Shown here one piece after another: positions 32,634 to 42,973 of a stretch of 53,428 nt of DNA. A model generated the notes under the pieces. It was not told the origin of the DNA, ran no database searches, and saw only the letters and a list, made by a program, of their open reading frames with translations. The stretch is from a virus. Lineage: Duplodnaviria; Caudoviricetes. The stretch is taken from the IMG/VR virus record IMGVR_UViG_3300032303_001488, positions 1 through 53,428 of that record; one strand, written 5' to 3'. The translations under genes and the position numbers were made by a program. Within the stretch, counting starts at the first letter, position 1; each line of letters starts with the position of its first letter.

Positions 32634-34668
32634 TCCGTTGCGGCAGATCACAAAGACTTGGGTTGAGAAACTCAAGGCCGCAGTTGACTACAAAAAGCCG
32701 TTCACAGAGGACGCCAAAGAGGCGTCTATGTTCTTTGACGGCGAGCATAACTGGATGTGGAAAGACTCCTACAGCAGGGGCGAGCGGGGCTACAACTCCA
32801 GCATCGCCCCTCCTTCTTTCCGTATGCAGTTGAATAAGGTTTTCGAGCTGGTCGAAATCTTCGGCTCAGTCATCTACCACCGTAATCCGGTGCGTACTGT
32901 GACAGTGATGGAGCATCCCAATCTCCCGCCGGATGCGTTCGGGATCGACCCGAACCAGATGCTCGACCCCAACATGATTACGCCTGAGCAGCAGCAAGTT
33001 TTCACCATGGCTGCGGAGCAGCAGGCCAAGCAGAAGCGTCGGTCAATCGCTGCCAAGTTGCTCCACGGGTACTTGAACTGGACGCCCCAAGAACTCGACC
33101 TCAAGCGGCAGGCCAAGAAGGTCGTCAACGAAGCCCTCATCAAGGGCATGGGCGTGTTCTGGACAGAGCTTGTCACACTGCCCACTTCGGCAGGCCCGGA
33201 TGAGCCGCCGCTCAAGATGGTCGGCAGCTACTACGACACCGTCGATAACCTGTTGATTGACCCGGATTTCGACAATCTGGACGACATGCTCTGGTGCGCC
33301 CGCAAGTGCGTAAAGCCCTTGCTCGAAGTGGCCGAGACATACGGCATCCCGCCAGAGGAACTCCGCAAGCACCTTGACGATCCCAAGAGCAAGCTCGTCA
33401 AGGAGCCGCCGAGGAACCACAAGAAGAAAACCACCAACGAACTCCTGACCTACTACAAGGTGTGGAGCAAAACGGGCATAGGCGACAGGTTCAAAGATTC
33501 GCCCAAGGAGAACCGGGGCGTCTTTGACAACCTTGGCCCCTATGTCTACCTAGTGATCTGCGAGGGGATTCCGTACCCCTTGAATCTGCCGCCAGAGATC
33601 ATGGAGGAGCCGCTCGACGAGCAGCTCGGGTTCCCGCAGTCCATCGTCACTCGTACTGCATGGCCGGTGCCGTACTACGCCGATACGCAGGGCTGGCCCT
33701 TCACGCCGCTCTACTTCCACCCCAAACCCGGATACGCATGGCCCATATCGCATATCCGGCCAGCTATCGGTGAGCTTCGCCTGTTGAATTGGGCGATGAG
33801 TTTCCTCGCCACCCGCATTGCTACGTCGTGCGAGACTATGGTGGCCGTGCAGAAAGCCGCCGATCAGACCCTCAAAGATCAGATTCTCGCCCCGTCCGAG
33901 GGCGGTTTCAAGATTGTTGAACTCTCCGAGCTAGTCGGTCGCCGCATCGAAGATGTGATGAGTGTGTTCCAATTCCCGCAAGTTACGCGGGATTTGTACG
34001 ACATCATCCAGAGCGTAGGAGAGATGTTCGCCCAGCGAACTGGCCTGACAGAGCTAGTTCACGGCTATACCCGTAACCAGTTTCGTAGTGCAGCAGAGGC
34101 CAACATCAAGCAGGAGAACATCAGTGTTCGTCCTGACGCCATGGCCAACGACCTCGAAGATTGCATGAGCTTGCTCGCACGGCGGGAGAGCTTGGCGGCC
34201 CGATGGTTACTTGAGCCGCAGGACATTGCGCCAGTGCTTGGCCCGCTAGGAGCCTTTGCGTGGAGCCAGAACGTCAACTCGCAGACGCTCTCTGAATTGA
34301 CCCGCGACTTTCTGTACCGGGTCGAAGCTGGGTCTGCCAGAAAACCGAACAAAGCCACAAGGGTGGAGCAGATGCAGCTATCTGTGCAGACCCTCGGCCC
34401 GATCCTCTCGCAGCTTGTGGCGAGCGGGATCACCGATCCGTTCAATGCCCTCATGCGTGATTGGGCAGAGAGCTTGGACATCGACGCCGAGCCGTATCTC
34501 GTCCCGCCGCCCCAGCCCCCCGCCGCTGCGCCGCCACCGTCCCCTCTTCCGGTTGAGCAGGCTGCGGCGTCGGGGGGCGGCCCCGCGCAGCCTGCGGACG
34601 AACTACCGCCGCAAGCTGCCGATGGGCCGCCGCCACAAGTTCCGCCCGAGCTGGCCCCAGGTACGTGA
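32608..34668 (+). CDS. Portal protein
   Basis: 686 aa after terL; EALIKGMGVFW, RSAAEANI, YRVEAGS; Pro-rich tail as in P22-like portals. Confidence 0.8.
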   Translation: MADSLPSSSPLRQITKTWVEKLKAAVDYKKPFTEDAKEASMFFDGEHNWMWKDSYSRGERGYNSSIAPPSFRMQLNKVFELVEIFGSVIYHRNPVRTVTVMEHPNLPPDAFGIDPNQMLDPNMITPEQQQVFTMAAEQQAKQKRRSIAAKLLHGYLNWTPQELDLKRQAKKVVNEALIKGMGVFWTELVTLPTSAGPDEPPLKMVGSYYDTVDNLLIDPDFDNLDDMLWCARKCVKPLLEVAETYGIPPEELRKHLDDPKSKLVKEPPRNHKKKTTNELLTYYKVWSKTGIGDRFKDSPKENRGVFDNLGPYVYLVICEGIPYPLNLPPEIMEEPLDEQLGFPQSIVTRTAWPVPYYADTQGWPFTPLYFHPKPGYAWPISHIRPAIGELRLLNWAMSFLATRIATSCETMVAVQKAADQTLKDQILAPSEGGFKIVELSELVGRRIEDVMSVFQFPQVTRDLYDIIQSVGEMFAQRTGLTELVHGYTRNQFRSAAEANIKQENISVRPDAMANDLEDCMSLLARRESLAARWLLEPQDIAPVLGPLGAFAWSQNVNSQTLSELTRDFLYRVEAGSARKPNKATRVEQMQLSVQTLGPILSQLVASGITDPFNALMRDWAESLDIDAEPYLVPPPQPPAAAPPPSPLPVEQAAASGGGPAQPADELPPQAADGPPPQVPPELAPGT

Positions 34669-35264
34669 TGAGCAAGTCGGGCCGCAAACGACGGCACAAC
34701 CTGTGGCAGCGATATCGACTGACTGAATCGGCCTATGACACCCTGTTCGAGCGGGCCAAGGGGCTGTGTGAGATATGCACCAAAACTGGTACGTGCGTCG
34801 ATCACTGCCACGCCACGGGGCGGGTGAGGGGGTTGCTGTGCAAAGCCTGCAACTGTGCCCTAGCCCGCTTCGGTGACTCTATTGCTGGATTGCTCCGAGC
34901 CATCACATATCTGAAGAAACATGAACGACGTTCCCGAGTGCATCCGTCGCGCAGGCCCCGAGGTAGTGGCGTTCTACGAGAGATTGTTGTCCGAGGGGCA
35001 GACCCAGCGGTGGGCCGAGATGTGCGCTCTCCAACAGCCCCCCGGCCTAAAGGGCACAGACCGCGCCTACATGGAGGGCCGTCTGAACAATCAGCAGTTG
35101 GACAACATGGCCCCGCACCAAGCCAAGGCCCTTGTGGCACTGGCCAGAAAGGGCGGGATCAACCCGAGCGGGAAGTATTACGCAGCGGGCCTCGCAGACA
35201 AACGGGGCGCGGCCGATCCGGGGGCGTGGGTGGACTCAATAGCAGACGTAAAAAGGGTTGCTGA
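34665..35264 (+). CDS. Endonuclease VII-family nuclease
   Basis: CEIC...VDHCHATGRVRGLLCKACN...AITYL; the domain ends near 34925 and the rest overlaps the next gene. Confidence 0.88.
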   Translation: MMSKSGRKRRHNLWQRYRLTESAYDTLFERAKGLCEICTKTGTCVDHCHATGRVRGLLCKACNCALARFGDSIAGLLRAITYLKKHERRSRVHPSRRPRGSGVLREIVVRGADPAVGRDVRSPTAPRPKGHRPRLHGGPSEQSAVGQHGPAPSQGPCGTGQKGRDQPEREVLRSGPRRQTGRGRSGGVGGLNSRRKKGC

Positions 35265-35451
35265 GATACGCAATCTGACAGTGGACGGTGCCGTCACGCA
35301 TCAAGGCAGGCCCCAGCCTCGGCCCCATGTGCCCCTCAGTGAAACCGCGACTCGTCAAATGATGCGGAAGGAGCGGGCCAACCATCCAAATATGAAGCAG
35401 GGCGAGCTGCGCGAGCTTGTCGTTGCCAAGTATGGCCGTAAGAAGAAATAG
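34921..35451 (+). CDS. Hypothetical protein
   Basis: 176 aa protein-like ORF between portal and adaptor. Confidence 0.75.
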   Translation: MNDVPECIRRAGPEVVAFYERLLSEGQTQRWAEMCALQQPPGLKGTDRAYMEGRLNNQQLDNMAPHQAKALVALARKGGINPSGKYYAAGLADKRGAADPGAWVDSIADVKRVAEIRNLTVDGAVTHQGRPQPRPHVPLSETATRQMMRKERANHPNMKQGELRELVVAKYGRKKK

Positions 35452-35462
35452 GCAGTATTTCC

Positions 35463-36596
35463 ATGTGGACAGCCCAAGATGTCGTTGACTACCTCCTGAC
35501 CACTACGGGCGGGGGTGCCCAAGACGGCGAGCATCGGGCTATCCGGCAGGCCACCATCCATGGCATCCGCGAAGTGATGCAGTGCCGGGATTGGCTCTGG
35601 CACACCAAGGTCGGGTTCATCAAGACCTACTTCGTGCAGACCACCTCGACGTTCACGAAGGGCAGCACCACTATCACTGTGGGCAATTCGGCAGGATTCG
35701 TCCCCGGTCGGACGGTGAGCTTCCAGCCGGGGTACTTCAACGTCACGCCCCGCGTCATGCAAGTGGTTGACGCCACGACCATCATCGTAGATGCCCCGCC
35801 CGCCTACGACGGCAGCAACGTCCCGACGCAGGCCCAGACCTACTACGACCTTCCCGAGAACCTCCGCACCATCGACGGGCTGGTCAGCGATACGGTCGGC
35901 ACCCTTCACGCCTACATCTCGCCGCAGGAGTGGCTGCGGTTGCAGATCAACACGAAGGGCAGTTCCGAACCGTACTACTACACCATCATGCGGTCGGACA
36001 CCGATCCCGATAACTGGCAGATTCGATTCGTGGGCGTGCCCGCCAGCGGGACGATCCTGCACTACACGTACCGATATGTCCCCAAGCCCATGAAATACAT
36101 GGGGTTTGAGAGCATCTGTCGGCAGGGGACTGTGACGACCAATGGCACCACTGCCGTCACTGGCACCGGGACAAACTTCCCAAGTGAGTTCGTAGGCTCT
36201 GTCATTCGCTTCGGCTCCGCGTCTAGCTCTGCCGAGTCCATCGGTTCGATAACGCCATACGCATACGAACAGAAGATCAGTGCGGTTGGCAGCACGACGG
36301 GGCTGACCACAGAGGGCACAGTGCCGACGCTCGCGGGGGTCAAGTACGCCGTCAGCGATCTCATCGACGCCAGCCCGCAGATGTATACGGCCATCCTCAG
36401 TGCCGCCGAAATGTGGTACGCCCGCATCACGGGCAAGCCCGCTGGCGATGCAGTCGCTCTCTACAACAAAGACCTTCGACGGGCCTTGGAGGACGACACT
36501 GTCTCTCCTCTCTCAGGCAGGCCCCATACGTGGCCGTATCCCACGCCGCGAACCATGGGCTATCGCTCGGCCCTTCTCTCTGACCTTGGCGGCTAA
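35463..36596 (+). CDS. Putative head-tail adaptor (tail tubular protein A-like)
   Basis: RDWLWH, YYDLPENLRTI and EPYYY..LHYTY motifs; position after portal. Confidence 0.65.
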   Translation: MWTAQDVVDYLLTTTGGGAQDGEHRAIRQATIHGIREVMQCRDWLWHTKVGFIKTYFVQTTSTFTKGSTTITVGNSAGFVPGRTVSFQPGYFNVTPRVMQVVDATTIIVDAPPAYDGSNVPTQAQTYYDLPENLRTIDGLVSDTVGTLHAYISPQEWLRLQINTKGSSEPYYYTIMRSDTDPDNWQIRFVGVPASGTILHYTYRYVPKPMKYMGFESICRQGTVTTNGTTAVTGTGTNFPSEFVGSVIRFGSASSSAESIGSITPYAYEQKISAVGSTTGLTTEGTVPTLAGVKYAVSDLIDASPQMYTAILSAAEMWYARITGKPAGDAVALYNKDLRRALEDDTVSPLSGRPHTWPYPTPRTMGYRSALLSDLGG

Positions 36597-36602
36597 TACT
36601 AT

Positions 36603-39600
36603 ATGCGTCTGAATAAGTGGTCTGGCGTTGTCACTGCTGCAAGCCCCTACGCCCTCCCTGCCGGGGTAAATGCAGAGCAGTGGAACATCCAGAACCGTAA
36701 AGCTGGGCAGCTCACTAGCCGCCCCGGTTTGGGCGAAGTGGTGGTGGACGCTGCTGTCGATACGCCGATCTACTCCATCTATCGGCTGACCTACGGCTCT
36801 GGCAAGCAGGACAACCTAGTCGTCTGGCGCAACGGTACGGACGGCAGCTACTCACTCGACCTCATTGAGCCAGACGCAAACTACACAAGTGCGGGCTGGA
36901 GCTTCACCACACTCACCAGCACTCCGACCCTGCCGACGAGCAGGCCGACGATTACGCAAGACCGGCATGGGCACATCTACGCCTTCTTTGGGCACGGCAC
37001 TGCACCCGTCATGTATCGTCCTGACGTTGATTCCGCAGCCAGCCCGATGGGACTCGCAGCCCCCACCGTTGCGCCGCAAGTGGTGCCTACGGGCAATGGC
37101 TACTTCATTGAGCGGGTAGACGTTCTCTCGGGCGGCGGGAGCTATTGGAAAAGTCCGACTCTGGTGGTATCGGGCGGCAGTCCAACGAAGCCTGCCCAGC
37201 TACGTGCAGTCGTGCAGGGCGGCAGCATCGTCAGTGTCAACGTCGTGGACGGCGGCTCGGGTTTCGCTACTCTGCCAACCATTACGATAGACGAATCGGG
37301 CGTGAAGGGCGGCGGCTTCTTGGGCTTCGCCGTGGTGGGCACAGACCCCGGCCAGCAGGGCTTCGCGTCCGCGTTCACAAAGACTTGCAGTGTCAGCGTC
37401 ACAGGTGGCATCAGCTACTTGAACTTCGCCAGTGCTGCCGACCGGGACGCAGTGAAAGTAGGGATGTCCGTATTTGGCAGTGGCATGGCCGCAACCTACG
37501 TAACTGCGGTATCAACCTCTGTGTTGCAGGCTACGCTGGCCGACTCTCGCACGGCCATCGGCAACACGACCATGACGTTCTCGTCGGGAGTTGTGTCGGG
37601 CAGCTTCACGAAGGGCACTCACGCCTACACTGACGATCTGGCCAGCACCACTGTCGCTATCAAGAGCGGCAACGACACGACCTCAGTGCCCGCCACCTAC
37701 TCGGGTTCGAGCTACTCGGCTGTGATCCCGCTCACGACGCAGGGCGCGAGTGCGGGCAAGGGCGCATCCGCACTGGTCTACTTCGATCAGACCGCATCGT
37801 CGCCGCTCAACTACAAGCTCGGCGGCAACGACTTCTGGACGGGCGGGGCCAACGGGTTCACGAACTTCGGCACCAGTAGCACAAGGTTCAAAACCTACGA
37901 CGAGTATATGTTCAATCGGGCCAGCCCGATTGCTCGCCCCAGCCCAGAGAACACTAACGTCATCAGCTTTCGCTATTGGTATGACAACAAGGATTTTTTT
38001 GCCGCCATCACGCCGGGGTTTAATTATCGGTTTCATGGCCGCCAGCCTATGAACCGACTTGCTAACGTCAACAACTCTAACACCCCCGGCTACGCCGCCA
38101 GCCTCATCTACGCCCCTGACTACTACACCATCTCGTATCGCTACTTCACCGGCACCCGCGCACAAATCGGCACCAGTGCGGACAACGCTAGTCTCTGGCA
38201 GTGGGCTGAAGCTCCAGTGCAAGTGAATGGCTCGGGCGTGCCCTATGTGGACATCACTCTCAGCCCAGCTCTCAAATCTACGGGCGTGGCCTACGGCAAG
38301 GCGTCTGGCTCTGTGGCTCCACAGGTTCGCATCTGGCTGCGGTACTGTCCCGATTCTTGGCTCTGGAGCAACGCCCCTGACTCGGGCTATACGCCGGTCA
38401 ACACAGTAGAGAACGCCCAACCGCAGGCAGCCAACCAAGCCATCAACTTCTATCACGGCAGCTATGCTCAATGGCTACGCGGGACTTCCAGCTACACCAT
38501 CACCACTGGGGCAGTTGCGGATACCAACAAACGCTGGTGGCATCCCGGTAGCACGGCCAACGCAGCGGGAATCCTCAAGCGGCCCGTCGTTGATTTTCGC
38601 GTGGCGTCTGGCACTGACGCTGCTGGCATAGCCAACGGAACAGTGGAGGTTCTCAACGCCGGGGCGGGGTTGGAGACAGGGACATTTTTCGCCCTGCACT
38701 TCGAGCAGGCCAACGCCAATCACTTGGGCATTTTTAACACCGTCAACGTCGGCAACAACAATCGCAGCACGTACCTCACTCGGCCAGCGGGCTACGGCCC
38801 TCTCTGGTACTCGGGGCCAGCGGCTCAAGACAACAACCCCGCGATGACGCGGTTTAACAACGCCTATCTGGGGACGGGTGCGTTCCACGACCAGAGTGCC
38901 GCCGCTACAGCCCTCGGCTCGCAGCGGTTCTACTTCGGGGCTAACACCACCGGCACCGGACAGACCGGCATCCCCGCGCGCGTGCTTACCAACCCGCTCC
39001 CCACCGTCATCTCAGGCGGCGGCTTTTTCAAATCTGGCGACACTGCCAGCTTCACCCTGCGGCAGCGGGACTTGGGTTCCACGACGTTCTCTGATTCTGA
39101 AACTTATACGTTCAGAGCAGCGCAACTGACATCGCCCGGAACCCAAACCCAGATCACGCGGGTTGATATTTCCCAGCCGGGAGCAGGGTATCTCTCGGCC
39201 CCGACTCTCGTAGCAACTGGCGGCGGCGGCGTAGGTTTGCAGCTCTCTGCTGCGGTCAGTGGCGGGGCGATTACCTCCGTAAGTGTTGCTGACCCTGGTA
39301 CTGGCTACACCTCGGGGCCTGTCATCACCACCGACTCCCGCACGGCCCAGCTTCTCCCCGTCATGCGGCCCGCAATGCGGGGGGCGTACCGCTGTGCCTA
39401 CCGATTTGCTGATTGGTCTGCCACCGTTGTTTCCACAGTCACAGCAACAACGGCCACCGACAGTGCGACGGTGTTCGTGGACTCCGCTGCGGGGATCACG
39501 CCGGGGATGGTGCTTGAGGGTGCGGGCATCCCGTGGCAGGCGAAGGTTGTTTCCATAGCCGGGACGACATTGACCCTGTCCAGTGCTGCGACTGCGACCG

Positions 39601-41423
39601 GCAGTGTCTCCGCAGTGGTGCGGGATATGTCTAAGCCGATCACCTACAGTTCGTTCTCCCCCATCACTGACGTTGACACGGCCTCCTCTGCGTCCGCCGC
39701 CCCGAGTCAGATGGCGTGGTCGCTGTCCGGTGTTCAGCCGCCCGCACGCGCGCAGGTGGTGGAGTTCTTTAGAACGTCTGCCGATCAATCGCTTGTGTTC
39801 TACCGGCTTGAGCAGTACGGCCTGTGTTCGGGCGGGGCCATTACCCTAAAGGGCACCGACACCCTGACTGACGAGCAGTTGTTTGATGCGAGCCGCAGCT
39901 TCTATGCCGCTGTCCCCGTTGTTTTGCCCAACGGGAATCTCAATGCGTATCGGTTCGGTGTGCCGCGATCCGACATGAGTGTTTGTGCTGTGTGGAACGA
40001 CCGGCTCTGGTACTCAGTCTCTACTTCGGGGGACAAGTGCAACACTATTTTCTTCTCAGAGTACGACGAGTTTGAGTCCTGCCCCGACATCAATGAAATC
40101 ACCATCCAGAACAACGTAGTCGGTGCCGACTCAATCACGGCCATAGCTCCGTACTCGACTAGCCTCATGGTGTTCCAAGGGAGCCACTGCTATTCCCTTG
40201 ACTACAACACTAGCCCGCTGGACGACCCTGCCCTGTCGCTCATCGCGCAACGGGGATGCTTGAACCAGCGTTGCTACGACGTATTCGACTACAGCTTGTA
40301 TTGCATGGACGAGCGGGGCATCTACTCCATGACGGCCAGCGGCGACGTTGAGAACCTGTCCGATCAAGTGGGTAACTACTTTTACGACGGCCTCATCAAG
40401 TTTGCCTACAAGCACACATTCTTCTTGAAGGTTGAAAAGCCCACGAAGATTCTGCGGGCGTTTGTCTGCGTCAATTCCACTACGTATCCAGATATGGCAC
40501 TCTGCTATCGGATCGGGGAAAAAACTTGGTGGGTCGAGACATACCCGACCACCCTCACCGACTCCTGCGAGCTACGTAGGCTCACGCGCGAGCAACCCGT
40601 CTACGCCAGTGCGAGCGGGGATATTTTCGCCTTCACGGGCAACACTGACATCGCCTATCGCAGCCTATCTGCGGCTGGAGTGATCTCCTCGGGCAGAGGC
40701 TACGTCACGCCTCCTGCTGTGACAGTTGACCCCTCAAACGCATCTGGAGTTGGCGCAGGGGCAAGGCTTCGAGCAATCATCACAGACGGTTGCGTCACAG
40801 AGATTCTTGTCCTCGACGGCGGCTCGGGCTACGGGTCGTTCGGCACGGCTGACGCTGACGGGGTTGTGCCGTTCGTCTCGACGGTGCCGCTCCTTATAGA
40901 CCCGCCGCCCGCTGGCGGGACGCAGGCGACCGCCACAGCTACCGCCCTCGCCCCCGATCAACGCCGGTATCAGACGGTGGGCTGGTCTTTTAAAAGCGGG
41001 GCGATGGAGTTCGTGACGGACGGCAACACTCGCGGCGGCGACCGCATGACCGACCGCTCTGTGATCCTTACCTACGAACCGACCGCCACCAGCCACCGCG
41101 TCGATCTCAGGGAGTTCTTCAACAACGCCCCCTACCCCCGCAGCAATACCATCCACCGCGACCGGGGCACGGGGTTTGTGCAGGAGCCAGACGGGGCCAG
41201 GACGAGTTTGGACATCTCGGCTACTCGCAGTGCCTTGGGCCTCGCAACCGGCGTGGCGAAAGCCCAGTTCGCTGGGAGAAGCTACGAGGACATGGCCAGC
41301 TCGGACAGGCACATAGCTGTTGAGTTTGCCCATATCTCGCGTTCTGTTGATCCCGCAGTCGAGTCACCATCACAGGTCGTCCTTCACTCCGTAGACGTTC
41401 GGGGGGTGCAGGAAGATGGCTAG
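36603..41423 (+). CDS. Putative tail nozzle/stabilisation protein (P22 gp10-like) with large insertions
   Basis: N-terminal NIQ...GQLTSRPG; propeller-like C-terminus (WNDRLWY, IFFSE, GCLNQR, YCMDERGIY); six GGSGY-type repeats. Confidence 0.7.
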   Translation: MRLNKWSGVVTAASPYALPAGVNAEQWNIQNRKAGQLTSRPGLGEVVVDAAVDTPIYSIYRLTYGSGKQDNLVVWRNGTDGSYSLDLIEPDANYTSAGWSFTTLTSTPTLPTSRPTITQDRHGHIYAFFGHGTAPVMYRPDVDSAASPMGLAAPTVAPQVVPTGNGYFIERVDVLSGGGSYWKSPTLVVSGGSPTKPAQLRAVVQGGSIVSVNVVDGGSGFATLPTITIDESGVKGGGFLGFAVVGTDPGQQGFASAFTKTCSVSVTGGISYLNFASAADRDAVKVGMSVFGSGMAATYVTAVSTSVLQATLADSRTAIGNTTMTFSSGVVSGSFTKGTHAYTDDLASTTVAIKSGNDTTSVPATYSGSSYSAVIPLTTQGASAGKGASALVYFDQTASSPLNYKLGGNDFWTGGANGFTNFGTSSTRFKTYDEYMFNRASPIARPSPENTNVISFRYWYDNKDFFAAITPGFNYRFHGRQPMNRLANVNNSNTPGYAASLIYAPDYYTISYRYFTGTRAQIGTSADNASLWQWAEAPVQVNGSGVPYVDITLSPALKSTGVAYGKASGSVAPQVRIWLRYCPDSWLWSNAPDSGYTPVNTVENAQPQAANQAINFYHGSYAQWLRGTSSYTITTGAVADTNKRWWHPGSTANAAGILKRPVVDFRVASGTDAAGIANGTVEVLNAGAGLETGTFFALHFEQANANHLGIFNTVNVGNNNRSTYLTRPAGYGPLWYSGPAAQDNNPAMTRFNNAYLGTGAFHDQSAAATALGSQRFYFGANTTGTGQTGIPARVLTNPLPTVISGGGFFKSGDTASFTLRQRDLGSTTFSDSETYTFRAAQLTSPGTQTQITRVDISQPGAGYLSAPTLVATGGGGVGLQLSAAVSGGAITSVSVADPGTGYTSGPVITTDSRTAQLLPVMRPAMRGAYRCAYRFADWSATVVSTVTATTATDSATVFVDSAAGITPGMVLEGAGIPWQAKVVSIAGTTLTLSSAATATGSVSAVVRDMSKPITYSSFSPITDVDTASSASAAPSQMAWSLSGVQPPARAQVVEFFRTSADQSLVFYRLEQYGLCSGGAITLKGTDTLTDEQLFDASRSFYAAVPVVLPNGNLNAYRFGVPRSDMSVCAVWNDRLWYSVSTSGDKCNTIFFSEYDEFESCPDINEITIQNNVVGADSITAIAPYSTSLMVFQGSHCYSLDYNTSPLDDPALSLIAQRGCLNQRCYDVFDYSLYCMDERGIYSMTASGDVENLSDQVGNYFYDGLIKFAYKHTFFLKVEKPTKILRAFVCVNSTTYPDMALCYRIGEKTWWVETYPTTLTDSCELRRLTREQPVYASASGDIFAFTGNTDIAYRSLSAAGVISSGRGYVTPPAVTVDPSNASGVGAGARLRAIITDGCVTEILVLDGGSGYGSFGTADADGVVPFVSTVPLLIDPPPAGGTQATATATALAPDQRRYQTVGWSFKSGAMEFVTDGNTRGGDRMTDRSVILTYEPTATSHRVDLREFFNNAPYPRSNTIHRDRGTGFVQEPDGARTSLDISATRSALGLATGVAKAQFAGRSYEDMASSDRHIAVEFAHISRSVDPAVESPSQVVLHSVDVRGVQEDG

Positions 41424-42360
41424 TCAGTCTGGCAATCTCATCCAGAACCTTATTTCCGGGGGCATGGCAGCACCGCTGGCCAAGCTCGTCGCCAACGCTA
41501 TCGCCAACGCCAACGCTGGCCAGCTTTCCAAGGGTGCCGACTCTGTAGACGCTACGCCCGCGCTGGCGATGCGAATGATCGACGCCGACGCTCGCCGGTA
41601 TCAGTTCCCAAATCTCGACTACTCGCCAGACCAGCCCTACCAAGACACCCTCGGGGCAAGTCCGGTGCAGTATGCAGACGCAACTGCCCCGCACCCGTAC
41701 CAAGACTCACAGCCCGTCCAAGCTAGTCCACCATTATCGCAGCCTGCGATAAAAGGCGGGGCCTACATCGACGCCATGCCGGGGGTCGAAAACAACGCTT
41801 CGCAGACTGTGGTTAATCTACGAATCAAGCAGGGGGACGGAACGCACTTACGGCTCAATCCGGCCACCAACAGCATCGAAAGTGTGCCGCTGTCATTTAA
41901 CTTTCCACAAGGGATTGTGGCTGGCAGTGTCTCGGAAACAGAGGCCGGGACAGAGATCACCCTGTCGGTTCCCAATCAAACCCTGCTCGCAATCTTGTCG
42001 GCCTACAACCGGCCCGTCTACCAGTGCAGGGCGTGGGCACTGTTCTCTGCCAAGAGAAATACGGCTGGTACTGACGACCTCTCTACCCTGCCCCTGACCA
42101 ATCGGCTCATACGCAATAGCGGCAATGTGGCCAGTGTGCAGCGAATCGCCTCCGGTCTGTACCAAGTGTTTTTCACGACCCCCATGCTCACTACCACATA
42201 CTCCGTAATGGTAACGATGAGTATTGAAACAGTTGTGTTAGCGGGGCGGGTGGACACAACAAATCACACGACAACCTCCTGCCGAGTGTTCATCTCCAAC
42301 GCCGCCCAGACCTTAGTGGAAAACAACACCGACTACGTGCATGTCGCCGTATTCGAGTAG
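41416..42360 (+). CDS. Tail-associated protein
   Basis: C-terminal RAWALF...SGNVASVQRIASGLYQVFFTTPM...YSV domain common on phage tail proteins. Confidence 0.6.
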   Translation: MASQSGNLIQNLISGGMAAPLAKLVANAIANANAGQLSKGADSVDATPALAMRMIDADARRYQFPNLDYSPDQPYQDTLGASPVQYADATAPHPYQDSQPVQASPPLSQPAIKGGAYIDAMPGVENNASQTVVNLRIKQGDGTHLRLNPATNSIESVPLSFNFPQGIVAGSVSETEAGTEITLSVPNQTLLAILSAYNRPVYQCRAWALFSAKRNTAGTDDLSTLPLTNRLIRNSGNVASVQRIASGLYQVFFTTPMLTTTYSVMVTMSIETVVLAGRVDTTNHTTTSCRVFISNAAQTLVENNTDYVHVAVFE

Positions 42361-42387
42361 CCGTCCAGATAAAGGGTAGGAGTTCCC

Positions 42388-42963
42388 ATGCTGCCGAAGC
42401 CCAAAATCCTGCCAAAGCTGCCACCCATGAAGCAGGCCCCGGTCACGCCGGGGTTAACGGGCAATTTCGGCTCTAGCATCCCGACCGCCGCCCCCCTCGC
42501 GGGATCAGCTACGCAGCACTATTCGCAGTTTAAGCCCGTTTTCCAGCCTCAAGGTGGCGGATTCGGGGCTGCTGACCAGACCAGAGGGGCTTTTGCTCGG
42601 GCACTCTCCGACTCCCAAAACGCCGCGACCGCCGGGGATGTGCAGACTTTCAATCTCGAAAACCAGCGGAAGGCCCAGCAGGCTCGGGCACAGGATGTCC
42701 AGCAGCAGCGGCAGATCGGCACCGACCGCTTCGGCTTGCAGCGGCAGACGGCCTCCATGAAGGCTGACATAGCGAACCGCAAGGCGCAGGGCATGGCCGA
42801 TATCGCCACGCAACTGGACGTAGCGAAGAAGAACGCCAAGGCACAAGCCTTGGACAACGCCTTCAACTTCACTGTAGGTGCCCTCAGTCTCTTCAACCCC
42901 GCTGGTGGCGCGATGATGGGGGCCAAGGCTGCGGGCAGCATCTTGGGGGGCCTAATGCGGTAG
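42388..42963 (+). CDS. Putative ejection/internal virion protein
   Basis: Q/A-rich coiled coil with Gly-rich hydrophobic C-terminus; AGGAG RBS. Confidence 0.6.
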   Translation: MLPKPKILPKLPPMKQAPVTPGLTGNFGSSIPTAAPLAGSATQHYSQFKPVFQPQGGGFGAADQTRGAFARALSDSQNAATAGDVQTFNLENQRKAQQARAQDVQQQRQIGTDRFGLQRQTASMKADIANRKAQGMADIATQLDVAKKNAKAQALDNAFNFTVGALSLFNPAGGAMMGAKAAGSILGGLMR

Positions 42964-42973
42964 GCATGCGAAT

